This document shows positions 1-9,885 of a DNA stretch of 64,000 bases, in pieces. Location of the stretch: contig CAYLYX010000003.1 of the NCBI GenBank assembly GCA_964387945.1, positions 52,344 through 116,343 on the forward strand, in the 5' to 3' direction. A model generated the notes under the pieces. That model was not told the origin of the DNA. It saw only the letters and a list, made by a program, of their open reading frames with translations, and ran no database searches. Origin of the DNA: an uncultured Flavobacteriales bacterium (GTDB taxonomy: Bacteria > Bacteroidota > Bacteroidia > Flavobacteriales_D > Parvicellaceae). Each line of letters begins with the position of its first letter. Position 1 is the first letter of the stretch. The position numbers and the translations under genes are program-made.

Positions 1-150
1 TCCCCAAGCCATGAAGTTGTTTTCCTCATCGGTTACAATCTCCTCGGTCTTCTCTTTACGAAGCGCAGACGCTGTTTCATTCAATCTAACCAGCTGAATG
101 ATTGCTGCTACTCCCGCTACTACTGCTATTAATATTAATAAACTGTTCAT
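1..150 (-). CDS. 5' partial CDS running off the window edge. The N-terminus (MNSLLILIAVVAGVAAIIQLVRLNETASALRKEK...) has a TM helix followed by an acidic segment. Probably cytochrome c oxidase subunit II, the usual downstream neighbour of an ACIII operon.
   Basis: Reverse-complement translation from the ATG at 150-148 gives a 50-aa open frame to the window edge. It lies 24 nt downstream of actF. Its position after ACIII matches the known ACIII-caa3 gene arrangement in Bacteroidota. Confidence 0.45.
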   Translation of the reverse strand, partial: MNSLLILIAVVAGVAAIIQLVRLNETASALRKEKTEEIVTDEENNFMAWG

Positions 151-174
151 CTTTTATAAAATATCAGGTCTTTA

Positions 175-1833
175 TTAAAATTCGTGATGGATACTTTCTT
201 GCAAATAAGGGTGGTTTTTCTGAACCAGAGGTGCAGAGGCAAGCCCTTTGAACACCAACAGTAAGAATCCTCCCAAGAATGCCATAAACATTCCAATTTC
301 AAGCATACCATATTCCCACTCTGCGAATACCGTTCCTGGCATAACCATACAGAATACATCAAACCAGTGTCCGATGAAGATGATTAGACCAATTACGATA
401 AGGTATGGTGCAGAACGCTTAGTATCTCTTGACATGAAGAATACCATTGGCAACACAAAGTTAACCGCAAACATTCCCATGAAAACGTACTTGTAATCGT
501 TAAATCGAGCGATAAAGTAGGTTACCTCCTCTGGAATGTTAGAATACCAGATCAACATGAACTGAGAGAACCACAAGTAACTCCACAAGAACGAGATGGC
601 AAACATCCATTTACCAACATCGTGAATGTGGTTTTCGTTAACAAACTCAAGTGCTCCTTTGCTCTTCATGTAAAGGGTAATCATCATGATCATGATCATA
701 CCAGACAACCAAATACCAGAGAACGAATACCATCCAAATAGGGTAGAGAACCAATGGGTGTCAATTGACATAATGATATCCCATGCCATCGTAGAAGAGA
801 ATACAGCAAAGAACACTAGGAACAATGCAGATCTTCTGTACAATTTGAAGTGAAGTTCAACACCTCCTTCTTCGTCTTCTTTTCTTGAGGTCTTTCTAAA
901 CCACAACATAAAGAATCCGAATACACCAAAGTAAGCTAGAATTCTAATCCAGAAGAAACCTTTGTTTAGGTAAGCTCCTTTTCCATAGATCAAGGAGTCG
1001 TGTTTCACGATTTCTTCATCCATCCAGGGATAAATGTGTGTCATTCCAAATGTTGAAGCTAAAAGAACAACTAGCAAAGCAGCCATTCCTAGCCAGATAC
1101 CACTTGAAACCCCTTCGAAAACTCTTAATAATACAACTCCCCATCCAGACTCAGTAGCATAGTGCAATCCTAGGTAGAATAACGCTCCCAAGGCAATTCC
1201 AAAGAAGAAGAATCCGTTTACCAACAAGTTAGACCATAGTCTTCTGTTATCGTGATCTTTTACAGAAAGTTCACCGCTTTCAAACATACTTGCCAATTGC
1301 TCAGCTGGAGCAGGACCGTGTCCGTGACCTCCACCATGTCCGTGATCTGCATGTTCTGCGTGATCACCATGATCCTTGTGATCATGCGTCATGTGTTCAC
1401 CATCGTGACCTTCACCTTCTGCGTGGTCATGTCCGTGTCCTTTAGGCTCAATAGAAATATGCCATAACACAGCTGGTCCGTGATGTTCGTGAGCTCCATG
1501 ATCATGAGCCTCCTCACCTCCATCGTGGTTGTGACCTTCTTCCCCGTCATGAGAGTGATCGTGAGTTGGATCTGTACAAACTCCAGATTTATCTTCAATG
1601 TGTACAACATACTCATCTCCCAAAGCACTTTCAACGTCTTTTTTCAAGTTGTTGAGATCACCTTGATCAAAGTCATCATGGTTGGAAATAACCGTTAAGT
1701 GGTTATCTCCATGTACCTCTGGAAATAAATATCTTTTTTGTGTGAAAAGTGCTCCGACAACCATTAGAATTACTCCAACGCCTATTAAGCCGAACAATAT
1801 TTTTTTCACTTTATCTGAAACTTGAAATCCCAT
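175..1833 (-). CDS. actF: Alternative complex III subunit ActF (NrfD-like quinol-oxidising membrane subunit), carrying a ~130-aa His-rich insertion after TM1.
   Basis: 552-aa polytopic membrane protein, last gene of the actABCDEF order. The C-terminal ~400 aa has an NrfD/PsrC-like hydrophobic profile. Between TM1 and TM2 there is an acidic low-complexity run rich in HD/HG dipeptides (HDHSHDGEEGHNHDGGEEAHDHGAHEHH...GHGGGHGHG). Confidence 0.75.
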   Translation of the reverse strand: MGFQVSDKVKKILFGLIGVGVILMVVGALFTQKRYLFPEVHGDNHLTVISNHDDFDQGDLNNLKKDVESALGDEYVVHIEDKSGVCTDPTHDHSHDGEEGHNHDGGEEAHDHGAHEHHGPAVLWHISIEPKGHGHDHAEGEGHDGEHMTHDHKDHGDHAEHADHGHGGGHGHGPAPAEQLASMFESGELSVKDHDNRRLWSNLLVNGFFFFGIALGALFYLGLHYATESGWGVVLLRVFEGVSSGIWLGMAALLVVLLASTFGMTHIYPWMDEEIVKHDSLIYGKGAYLNKGFFWIRILAYFGVFGFFMLWFRKTSRKEDEEGGVELHFKLYRRSALFLVFFAVFSSTMAWDIIMSIDTHWFSTLFGWYSFSGIWLSGMIMIMMITLYMKSKGALEFVNENHIHDVGKWMFAISFLWSYLWFSQFMLIWYSNIPEEVTYFIARFNDYKYVFMGMFAVNFVLPMVFFMSRDTKRSAPYLIVIGLIIFIGHWFDVFCMVMPGTVFAEWEYGMLEIGMFMAFLGGFLLLVFKGLASAPLVQKNHPYLQESIHHEF

Positions 1834-1871
1834 CTTCTAATTTTTTACAAGTCTTTAATTTTCTAATCAAT

Positions 1872-2642
1872 TTAATGTCCTTCGTCCTCGTTTAAAGGCT
1901 CAACCGGTTCAACAGGTTCTTCTGGAGTCATTGTCGTGTCGAACACCATTACTGGTTTAACCATTAAAGAGTCCTTGATCACATTGATGCTGTCGATTTC
2001 TGTGATGATTTCGTTGTACAACAATTCTCCGTGCTGAAGCGTTCTTACGTGTAAGGCTACTTTCCAACGTTCATCTTTGTTCAATTGAGAACCATGAGGT
2101 CCCATTGCTCCTTTACCGAAAGTAATCACGTGGAAGATTTGACCTAGCGTTCTGTCTTTGTAACCTGCATCATACGGATTTGGTGGGTTGTATTCTCCAT
2201 AAGTCACCACGGCTCCATCACCTTTTCCAGTTTTTCCATGACAGTGTGAACAGAAATAACCAAAAAGCTCCTTTCCTTCTTCGGCATTTGCTTTCGCAAT
2301 TTCTTCTGTTTCAACATACATCATTGGGATGGTGTTGTTTCTTGAAGCTTCGTAACCATCTTCCGAATTGTCTAAACTGTAAGGCATCATTACTGCTGCC
2401 ATTTCTGGGTTAGCGTTAAACGGAATTGTTCCTTCAGCTGGTACTCTCGCAGACATGGTGTTCTTCAAGTCTTCGTGCTCATCGTCTTTTACGAGACCGT
2501 AATCAACGTAGGCTTCAACAGCTTGAGATCTATACATGTCCGGCATATATTCATACCCCGGAGAGTCTGGGTTTCTGCTACAAGACATCACAATTAAGGA
2601 TGCTCCAGCGAGAAGAGAGATATTTCTTAAATTAAGTTTCAT
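1872..2642 (-). CDS. actE: Alternative complex III subunit ActE, a mono-heme cytochrome c lipoprotein.
   Basis: Signal peptide plus a lipobox-like segment (VMSCS) and a single CxxCH motif (CSHCHG). Operon position between actD and actF. Confidence 0.75.
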   Translation of the reverse strand: MKLNLRNISLLAGASLIVMSCSRNPDSPGYEYMPDMYRSQAVEAYVDYGLVKDDEHEDLKNTMSARVPAEGTIPFNANPEMAAVMMPYSLDNSEDGYEASRNNTIPMMYVETEEIAKANAEEGKELFGYFCSHCHGKTGKGDGAVVTYGEYNPPNPYDAGYKDRTLGQIFHVITFGKGAMGPHGSQLNKDERWKVALHVRTLQHGELLYNEIITEIDSINVIKDSLMVKPVMVFDTTMTPEEPVEPVEPLNEDEGH

Positions 2643-2646
2643 CGTA

Positions 2647-3183
2647 TTACTTAATTACTTTTTCTTCTAATTCTACAATTTCAGTTTCTTTCACCCAAGC
2701 GGTTAATTGCTCAGCTGTAAAACCGTTGTTATCTTCCAACTTCAACTCGATAACAAATCGGTCATCTGTTGTTCTTGGATCTGGATTACGTGCAGGCATT
2801 CCAGGAAGCGTTTTGTTTCTCAACAAATAGGTAAACGCCATTCCGTGCGCAGCACACAATACCGTAAACTCAAACAAAATTGGAACGAAAGATGGCATGT
2901 TGTAGAAGAAGCTGAAATTTGGCTTACCACCAATGTTCATTGGCCAGTCTTCAATCATCATGTATCTGATGGCAATCATTGCCAACATTGTTCCTGTAAT
3001 TCCATAAAGGAAAGCGTTGATTCCCAAACGTGTGTGTTTCACACCAATTATCGGATCGATTCCGTGAATTGGGAATGGAGAGTAAACCTCTGATACATGT
3101 ACTCCTTTTGACACCAAGTGCTTTGCAGCATCTTTCGTTGTGTCATCGTCATCGTACATTGCGTATATTACTTTATCTGCCAT
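2647..3183 (-). CDS. actD: Alternative complex III subunit ActD (DUF3341-like small membrane subunit).
   Basis: 178 aa with two central hydrophobic helices, located between actC and actE and only 4 nt from the actE start. Confidence 0.7.
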   Translation of the reverse strand: MADKVIYAMYDDDDTTKDAAKHLVSKGVHVSEVYSPFPIHGIDPIIGVKHTRLGINAFLYGITGTMLAMIAIRYMMIEDWPMNIGGKPNFSFFYNMPSFVPILFEFTVLCAAHGMAFTYLLRNKTLPGMPARNPDPRTTDDRFVIELKLEDNNGFTAEQLTAWVKETEIVELEEKVIK

Positions 3184-3214
3184 TGTCGTAGCAATTAATT
3201 TCTAACGTTAGTAA

Positions 3215-4777
3215 CTATTCTTCTTCCTTATTTGAAGAATCATCCTGTGTTTCTTCAGTTGTTTCCGTTTCTGGTGTTACATCCACTACGGGTGGTACAA
3301 CATCAGGAGTGGTGGTCTCTTCAATAGTATTTGTGGTTGTTGAGCCATGCGAACCGTGATCATCGTGATCGTGGTGCGAGTGCTTATCCCAATAACCAGC
3401 TCCATGACCGTAACCTTGCTTATAATTAGCTCCTGAAGATTTCAAGATGGTTTTCAATTCAGCAATAGGCATTACTGGGAAGTATCGAGCAAAGAGTAAG
3501 TACAATACCCCAAATACTCCAATCGTTCCAACATACACGCCTATATCTACCCAAGTTGGGTGGAAGTAAGACCATGATGATGGAAGGTAGTCCCTGTGAA
3601 TAGAAGTTACAATAATTACGAATCGCTCGAACCACATACCGATGTTTACGATGATTGACATCACAAACGTAAACGCCAGATTTGTTCTTAGGCTCTTAAA
3701 CCAGAACAGCTGCGGTGAGATCACGTTACACGTCATCATACTCCAGTACGCCCACCAGTAAGGACCAGTTGCTCTGTTTAAGAAGGCATAAGCTTCATAT
3801 TCAACACCTGAGTACCAAGAAATAAACAACTCAGTGATATACGCTACCCCTACAATAGAACCAGTGGTAATGATTACAATGTTCATGTACTCTACATGCT
3901 TGGTATGCAGGTAAGCCTCTAATTTAAATGCTTTTCTCAAGATCAACATCAACGTTTGTACCATGGCAAATCCAGAGAATACCGCTCCTGCCACGAAGTA
4001 AGGAGGGAAAATTGTGGTATGCCATCCTGGAATAACTGATGTTGCGAAGTCAAAAGATACAATCGAGTGTACCGAGAATACTAGTGGAGTTGCTAATCCT
4101 GCAAGAACCAAAGAAACAATTTCGAATCGGTTCCAAGCTTTAGCTCCACCTGTCCATCCAAATGACAGGATGCTGTAAGCTTTTTTAGCTACTGGTTTCG
4201 TTACTCTGTCTCTAATTGTAGCGAAATCAGGAATAAGACCAATGTACCAGAAAACTAAACCTACAGAGAAATAGGTAGAAATCGCGAATACATCCCAAAG
4301 AAGTGGAGAGTTAAAGTTTACCCACATTGATCCGAATTGGTTAGGCAATGGGAATACCCAATAACCAACCCAAAGACGTCCCATGTGAATCAACGGGAAC
4401 AATCCCGCCATCATTACGGCAAAAATTGTCATCGCTTCCGCAGCTCGGTTAATCGCCATTCTCCATTTCTGACGGAAAAGTAAAAGTACTGCAGAGATCA
4501 GTGTTCCTGCGTGACCAATACCTACCCACCAAACGAAGTTGGTGATATCCCACGCCCATTCCACGGTCTTGTTTAATCCCCAGGTACCGATACCAGTTCC
4601 TAACAAGTAAACAATACATCCAACACCCCAAAGCGCAAATAGTCCGGATAAGGAAATTAAAATGTACCATCCTTTTGGAGCTTTGCTCTCTATGGGTCTG
4701 ATAATGTCATCCGTAATATCTCTGTAAGACTTGTCTCCAAGTATTAACGGAATCCTGATGTCTGACTCTTTATGCAT
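3215..4777 (-). CDS. actC: Alternative complex III subunit ActC (NrfD/PsrC-family quinol-binding membrane subunit).
   Basis: 520-aa polytopic membrane protein immediately downstream of the large FeS subunit. The C-terminal tail is His-rich, then Thr/Glu-rich (GYGHGAGYWDKHSHHDHDDHGSHGSTTTN...). Confidence 0.8.
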   Translation of the reverse strand: MHKESDIRIPLILGDKSYRDITDDIIRPIESKAPKGWYILISLSGLFALWGVGCIVYLLGTGIGTWGLNKTVEWAWDITNFVWWVGIGHAGTLISAVLLLFRQKWRMAINRAAEAMTIFAVMMAGLFPLIHMGRLWVGYWVFPLPNQFGSMWVNFNSPLLWDVFAISTYFSVGLVFWYIGLIPDFATIRDRVTKPVAKKAYSILSFGWTGGAKAWNRFEIVSLVLAGLATPLVFSVHSIVSFDFATSVIPGWHTTIFPPYFVAGAVFSGFAMVQTLMLILRKAFKLEAYLHTKHVEYMNIVIITTGSIVGVAYITELFISWYSGVEYEAYAFLNRATGPYWWAYWSMMTCNVISPQLFWFKSLRTNLAFTFVMSIIVNIGMWFERFVIIVTSIHRDYLPSSWSYFHPTWVDIGVYVGTIGVFGVLYLLFARYFPVMPIAELKTILKSSGANYKQGYGHGAGYWDKHSHHDHDDHGSHGSTTTNTIEETTTPDVVPPVVDVTPETETTEETQDDSSNKEEE

Positions 4778-4813
4778 CTATCTAATTTTTACTTAGTTCT
4801 TTATATTCCTTTA

Positions 4814-7800
4814 TTATGCGTGATCGTGCTCTTCTGCATGTTCTTCTCCATGCCCATGTGCTTCAACATCTACGTTTCTAACTTTCAATTGATAGTATAC
4901 GTTTGGTTTAACACCGATTTCGTGAAGTGCTTGATAAACACGTTTATTTTGGTCTAATCCTTGTCCTGTTCTTACACCGTTATCAGTAAGCAATCTTACA
5001 TTCGAAGAAGTATCATTCCAGTCACCGAACGAGATACAATCCGATGGACAAGCATCAGCACATGCTGCTACAACGTCTCCATCAACTACTGATCTTCCTT
5101 CTGACTTGGCATTCAATTTCCCTTCTTGAATTCGCTGAACACAGAAAGTACATTTCTCCATCACCCCTCTTGATCTTACCACAACATCCGGGTTCAATAC
5201 CAATCTTGCGTACTCATCGTGTGTTGGGTTTACTTTGTCAAACTTCTTGTAGTCTCTGTAGTTGAACCAGTTAAATCTTCTTACTTTATATGGGCAGTTG
5301 TTACCACAGTATCTTGTTCCGATACATCTGTTGTAAGCCATCATGTTCAACCCTTCGTTTGAGTGCGTAGTAGCTGCAACCGGACAAACCGTCTCACATG
5401 GTGCGTGGTTACAGTGCTGACACATCATTGGCATGAAAACCACTTGTGGACTTTCTTCAGGAACTTCTAGGTTGTCATAAGAGTATTCTCCTGCATTATC
5501 AAAGTCACCATGGTGCATTGCGTGATCATAGTGATCTCTTGTATCATCTTCTATAGAAGAGAAATAACGATCCATTCTCAACCATGCCATGTCTCTTACT
5601 CTTCTTACTTCGTCTTTTCCAACAACGGGTACGTTGTTTTCTGAATGACAAGCCACAATACAAACACCACATCCGTTACACGAAGAAAGATCGACAGACA
5701 TAGCCCATCGGTGTCCTACGTGCTCTACTGGGTGCTCGTCCCACAACGACATTTCTACTGGGTCTTTTTCTACGTGACCACCTTTTTCGTAAACGTGCAA
5801 GTTGTGCGTGTAGTTAAAACTTTCCATCGGTTCATTGATGAACGTAGATAGATCCGTTTCTTTTACGACAGACTTTCTACCCATAATGGTATGATGCGTC
5901 TGCGTACACGCTAAATAATATCTTTCGTCAGCATCTTTTACTTCAGCACCTGCGAAGTAATCTAGCTGACCATTACTCATTTGAGTAAATCGGTAGGCGT
6001 TTCCTCCAATTGGCGTACGCTTACCATCCGTCATGATGTAATCTCCTGTTTGAGAACCATCACCAACTTCTACCTGATAAGCTGCTTTCCCGATTTTTTC
6101 ATCTCCTTCTCCTCGTCCGTAGCCCAAAGCAATACCAATGGTTCCAGGAGCCTGTCCAGGCAACGGATAAACTGGCAACTTCATTGTGGTTTCACCTACC
6201 GTTACGTTGACCATATACGCTTTATCTTCCTGACCAATGTGAAGTGCATTGTAAGCTGAAATTTGATCGTCTTTATCCCAAGCGATGTCAAGCACTTTAC
6301 ATGCGTCTTTCACGTTCATGGTTACGTAGTTATCCCACGTTACTTTCGTAATTGAATTTGGAAGTTCCTGAAGCCAAGGGTTAGCAGCGTATTGCCCCTC
6401 ACCAATTTCTCCAGTAGTGTAAGCGATAAATTCGAACTCTGATCCTTCAGCTTTAGCTGCCATGGCATTAACACCAGCAGCTGCACCACTTGTTGCATCC
6501 GTGTATGAGAAAGACATGTCTGGCATCATCGTAGGAACAGAAGTTCCGTTATGAACTGACCAGTTCCAATACTCTTCAAAAGTTGCATGAGTCGTTTGAG
6601 CAGGGAAACCGTGTTTCTCCCACAAACCTCTCATGAAGTCATAATACACTTTACTTTCCTTGTCTCCTCTTTCTGCTTCACCAGCCCAAACCAATAATGA
6701 TTCTTGTGCTTGTCTTGTGTTAAACAACGGACGAATCAACGGTTGCTGAATCGTGTAGTCACCATGTTTGATGCTATAATCATTCCAAGACTCCAAATAA
6801 TTGTGGTCTGGACATACATATTTACATTTTGATGCCGTTTCATCTGCAAATTGTGAGAATGAGATGGAAACAGGAACGTTAGCTAACGCCTCTCCAAACT
6901 CAGTTCCATTTGGCAAAGAGTAAACAGGGTTTACATTGTAAAGGATCAACCCTTTTACTTTACCACCAATCACATCGTTTACCAATGCTTCCACTTTAGC
7001 ATCATCTCCTCTCTTCACGTTAAGCGGCTTAGAGGTATCGATCGTAGAACCGTAGTTACCTAATGTGTTGTTAATTGCGTTTACAATCAATTGTACTGAT
7101 TCGTCATTAGCACCAGCTACAACTATTGATTTTCCTTTGTTCGCTTTTAAGCTTTCAGCCGCTTTTTCGATCGAAGCAGATAATTCTTCTGGAATGCTTA
7201 CTCCAAGATCTTTACCACCAACTGCTTTTAATAAGCCAGCTGCAATGATCCCCTGCTGAGAAGGTTTGATCATCGTTCGGTAGTCTGCGTTAGCACCTGT
7301 CAAGGTCATTACCGTTTCAAACTGGAAATGTCTTGACATGTCGTTTCCTAACTCTGGCTTTCTGGTTTCTGCAAACTCAGCGTTGAATTTGGTTGGGAAA
7401 ATCCAGTTAGACATAAAGTCAGCATCAATAGAAACCACAGATTTTGCTTTGCTAAAATCGTAGTCTGGAATGATCGCTTCACCAAAGTTTTTCTTGTTGG
7501 CTTTGCGCATAGCCGAGTACGATACCGCATCGTATTCAACTACCTCTACATTCCCAAATTTATTTTTGAATGCTTCAATCGCCATCATGGTAGATGGAGA
7601 TGCAAGCGTAGATGTCATGATTTTGATTGAACTCGTTCCAGAAAGATCACCGCTAATTGCGTTATCTACATCTGCCCAATTGGATTCATTTCCATCAATA
7701 GTTGGGTTTTGAAGTCGCTCACTGTTGTAAACATTGAGTACAGAAGCATTAACACGAGGAGTAAGACCTCCTTTTGTCAATCCAAAAGAGTTGTTTCCTT

Positions 7801-8170
7801 TAATCCAGATAGGTCTTCCTTCTCTTGATTTAACCAAGATATTGGCGAAATCATTACCGTCAAAGAAAGTAGTCGCATACCAGTTGGCAACACCTGGAGT
7901 GATGTCTTCTGGTTTGTTTACGTAAGGAATCGATTTAATAACAGGTGTCTCACAAGATGCTAACGTAGCAGCTGCAACACCAAATCCTAAGAACTTAAGG
8001 AAATCTCTACGACCTGTCTTAAATTGACTAACTTCTTCGTTTCCTACAAACTCATCAACAGGTAAGTCTTCTGGAAACTCTTTTGAAGCTCTCTCTTGAA
8101 ATTCCGGTGATTGAACCTTTTCGTCCAACCCTTTCCAGTATGTTTTGTTCATACTCATATATTGTTTCAA
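4814..8170 (-). CDS. actB: Alternative complex III subunit ActB, a molybdopterin-oxidoreductase-like protein fused to a 4Fe-4S ferredoxin domain with no Mo cofactor expected.
   Basis: 1118 aa. Twin-arginine-like N-terminus (RRDFLKFLGFGVAAATLASC). The C-terminal half has multiple ferredoxin-type Cys clusters (CNGCGVCIVAC, CQHCNHAPCETVCP, CIGTRYCGNNCPYKVR). C-terminal tail is EAHGHGEEHAEEHDHA. Confidence 0.85.
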   Translation of the reverse strand: MKQYMSMNKTYWKGLDEKVQSPEFQERASKEFPEDLPVDEFVGNEEVSQFKTGRRDFLKFLGFGVAAATLASCETPVIKSIPYVNKPEDITPGVANWYATTFFDGNDFANILVKSREGRPIWIKGNNSFGLTKGGLTPRVNASVLNVYNSERLQNPTIDGNESNWADVDNAISGDLSGTSSIKIMTSTLASPSTMMAIEAFKNKFGNVEVVEYDAVSYSAMRKANKKNFGEAIIPDYDFSKAKSVVSIDADFMSNWIFPTKFNAEFAETRKPELGNDMSRHFQFETVMTLTGANADYRTMIKPSQQGIIAAGLLKAVGGKDLGVSIPEELSASIEKAAESLKANKGKSIVVAGANDESVQLIVNAINNTLGNYGSTIDTSKPLNVKRGDDAKVEALVNDVIGGKVKGLILYNVNPVYSLPNGTEFGEALANVPVSISFSQFADETASKCKYVCPDHNYLESWNDYSIKHGDYTIQQPLIRPLFNTRQAQESLLVWAGEAERGDKESKVYYDFMRGLWEKHGFPAQTTHATFEEYWNWSVHNGTSVPTMMPDMSFSYTDATSGAAAGVNAMAAKAEGSEFEFIAYTTGEIGEGQYAANPWLQELPNSITKVTWDNYVTMNVKDACKVLDIAWDKDDQISAYNALHIGQEDKAYMVNVTVGETTMKLPVYPLPGQAPGTIGIALGYGRGEGDEKIGKAAYQVEVGDGSQTGDYIMTDGKRTPIGGNAYRFTQMSNGQLDYFAGAEVKDADERYYLACTQTHHTIMGRKSVVKETDLSTFINEPMESFNYTHNLHVYEKGGHVEKDPVEMSLWDEHPVEHVGHRWAMSVDLSSCNGCGVCIVACHSENNVPVVGKDEVRRVRDMAWLRMDRYFSSIEDDTRDHYDHAMHHGDFDNAGEYSYDNLEVPEESPQVVFMPMMCQHCNHAPCETVCPVAATTHSNEGLNMMAYNRCIGTRYCGNNCPYKVRRFNWFNYRDYKKFDKVNPTHDEYARLVLNPDVVVRSRGVMEKCTFCVQRIQEGKLNAKSEGRSVVDGDVVAACADACPSDCISFGDWNDTSSNVRLLTDNGVRTGQGLDQNKRVYQALHEIGVKPNVYYQLKVRNVDVEAHGHGEEHAEEHDHA

Positions 8171-8187
8171 TCAATAATTCGTTTCTA

Positions 8188-9558
8188 TTAGTAGTGACAC
8201 TTAGCACACTCCCATCCACCGAGTTCTTTCACGGTAATCATACCATCCTCTTTGATGTTTTTGTAAACATCTGGTCTTAACTTCAACCTGTTGTGGATTT
8301 CCTGGTAATAAGGGTTGCTCGCATCTGGTCCTACTTCTATTTCTTTCGTATCATGACATTCGATACACCATCCCATCGTTAGAATAGGCTTCGTCAGTTC
8401 AACCAATCCTTTGTCACTGTTATCGGCTACTAAAGCATTGATTTCAGCAGTAGTCGAAACTCGACCAAGCGTATACGTCTTCACATCTCCATGACATTGC
8501 ATACAGTCAACTCCACCCACTTTAACGTGCTGTTTGTGCGAGAAGAAAACGTGATCTGGTAGGTTGTGTGCTTTGTTCCAAACGATTGGATCACCTTCAA
8601 TCACATTGCCGTCCTCATCTCTGATGTAATCACCGAGGTCTTTATCATAACCAGCCGCAGCATGCAGTTTTGCAATTTCTTCCGCACCTGTTCCCGCATT
8701 GGTCTCATGAACCATTTTATGACAATTCATACAAACATTAGTGGTAGGAAGACCAGCGTGTTTTGATTTCTCTACTGAGTTGTGGCAGTATCTACAATCG
8801 ATTTCCATTTTGCCTGCGTGAAGACTGTGATCGTAGGCTACTACCTGAGAAGGTTGGTAATCTTCATAAACACCTATTGTTGCTAATCTTGTTAAAACAT
8901 CTGCTAATCCAGCAAAAAGAACAACTACAAAGATCAATAGCGCAAACAACCAGTTGGCATAAATCCATGCACCCAACTTCTCCATGGTGGTTTTCTCTTC
9001 TCCTACTTCTTCTCCACGTTCTGTAGCAGCAATGTAAGCCAGTTTCTTTCTAACACCTAAGGCAGCAAATGTTACGAACAACAACACAATCCCAAGGATT
9101 AGAAGCCACGTCTTTACGCCACCTTTCTTAGCTTCGTCTCCAGTTCCAGCAGGTCCTTCCGTGATGTCAGGGCCTGGAGGTTCATAGGTGTCAGCGTAAA
9201 AAAGAATGTCATCAATGTCTTGATTAGACAAACCAGGGAAAGTTGACATGGCAGACTCGTTGTACTCAGCAAAGACAGCGGCTGCTCTTTTGGACTTTCC
9301 AGAAGCTCTCAAAGCTCCATTATCCTTTACCCATTCATAAATCAACTCTCCTTCACCAGCATCTATCCAGATCTGTTTCGCTCCTTTCAGTTGAGGTCCT
9401 GTAGACTTCTTATCAACCTTGTGGCAGGAGGCACAATTATTCTTAAATAATTCCTTTCCTTTCGCAGCATCTTGTGCTGAAAGTGGATTCGCAAACAGTG
9501 CGAAAACCGTTGATAATAAACAAATTATACTGAGTTTTTTCACGGAATGAAATTTCAT
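8188..9558 (-). CDS. actA: Alternative complex III subunit ActA, a multi-heme cytochrome c with six CxxCH motifs: an N-terminal mono-heme cytochrome c domain, a TM anchor, then a penta-heme domain.
   Basis: Signal peptide. CxxCH motifs: CASCH, CRYCH, CMNCH, CMQCH, CIECH, CAKCH. A hydrophobic helix follows the first heme domain. First gene of the operon. Confidence 0.8.
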   Translation of the reverse strand: MKFHSVKKLSIICLLSTVFALFANPLSAQDAAKGKELFKNNCASCHKVDKKSTGPQLKGAKQIWIDAGEGELIYEWVKDNGALRASGKSKRAAAVFAEYNESAMSTFPGLSNQDIDDILFYADTYEPPGPDITEGPAGTGDEAKKGGVKTWLLILGIVLLFVTFAALGVRKKLAYIAATERGEEVGEEKTTMEKLGAWIYANWLFALLIFVVVLFAGLADVLTRLATIGVYEDYQPSQVVAYDHSLHAGKMEIDCRYCHNSVEKSKHAGLPTTNVCMNCHKMVHETNAGTGAEEIAKLHAAAGYDKDLGDYIRDEDGNVIEGDPIVWNKAHNLPDHVFFSHKQHVKVGGVDCMQCHGDVKTYTLGRVSTTAEINALVADNSDKGLVELTKPILTMGWCIECHDTKEIEVGPDASNPYYQEIHNRLKLRPDVYKNIKEDGMITVKELGGWECAKCHY

Positions 9559-9604
9559 GTTTCTTCTTCTTTACGTAAGCTTTTCAGGCTTCTTTACCAA
9601 CGAC

Positions 9605-9612
9605 AAAAGTAA
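9605..9612 (-). promoter_or_regulatory. Candidate Bacteroidota -7 promoter box for the act operon (TAnnTTTG; reads TACTTTTG on the minus strand).
   Basis: Plus-strand CAAAAGTA lies 47 nt upstream of the actA start, inside a 327-nt non-coding region (9559-9885). Confidence 0.3.
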
Positions 9613-9858
9613 GATTCAAAGCAATTTCAAAAATTTTTTTGTCACGAAAATGTAACGGGTTTACCTAATTTATAGTGATTCTAAATAAGATTTATTTTAA
9701 CAGAAATTAATAACTCGCTGATATTGGGGTGTTTGACGAATCGTATGCTGTTTTCATCTGTTTAGACAAGGAAAAAGGCATCCGCACGTATTTTTGGAAC
9801 AAACTTTGAGTAAGGTATAACGAATAATAGTTTGCTGATGAGCGAAGGTAAATTATCT

Positions 9859-9866
9859 TACCTTTG
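9859..9866 (+). promoter_or_regulatory. Candidate Bacteroidota -7 promoter box (TACCTTTG) for the SPOR-domain gene.
   Basis: Matches TAnnTTTG 20 nt upstream of the ATG at 9886, with a TTG about 25 nt further upstream (9832-9834). Confidence 0.3.
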
Positions 9867-9885
9867 TCATGCAAGATTATAACGT

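Noticed and set aside
9559-9885. CRP/FNR-type site in the long act operon upstream region
   Set aside because: TGTCAC-N5-TGTAAC is a direct, not inverted, repeat and does not match TTGAT-N4-ATCAA or TGTGA-N6-TCACA.
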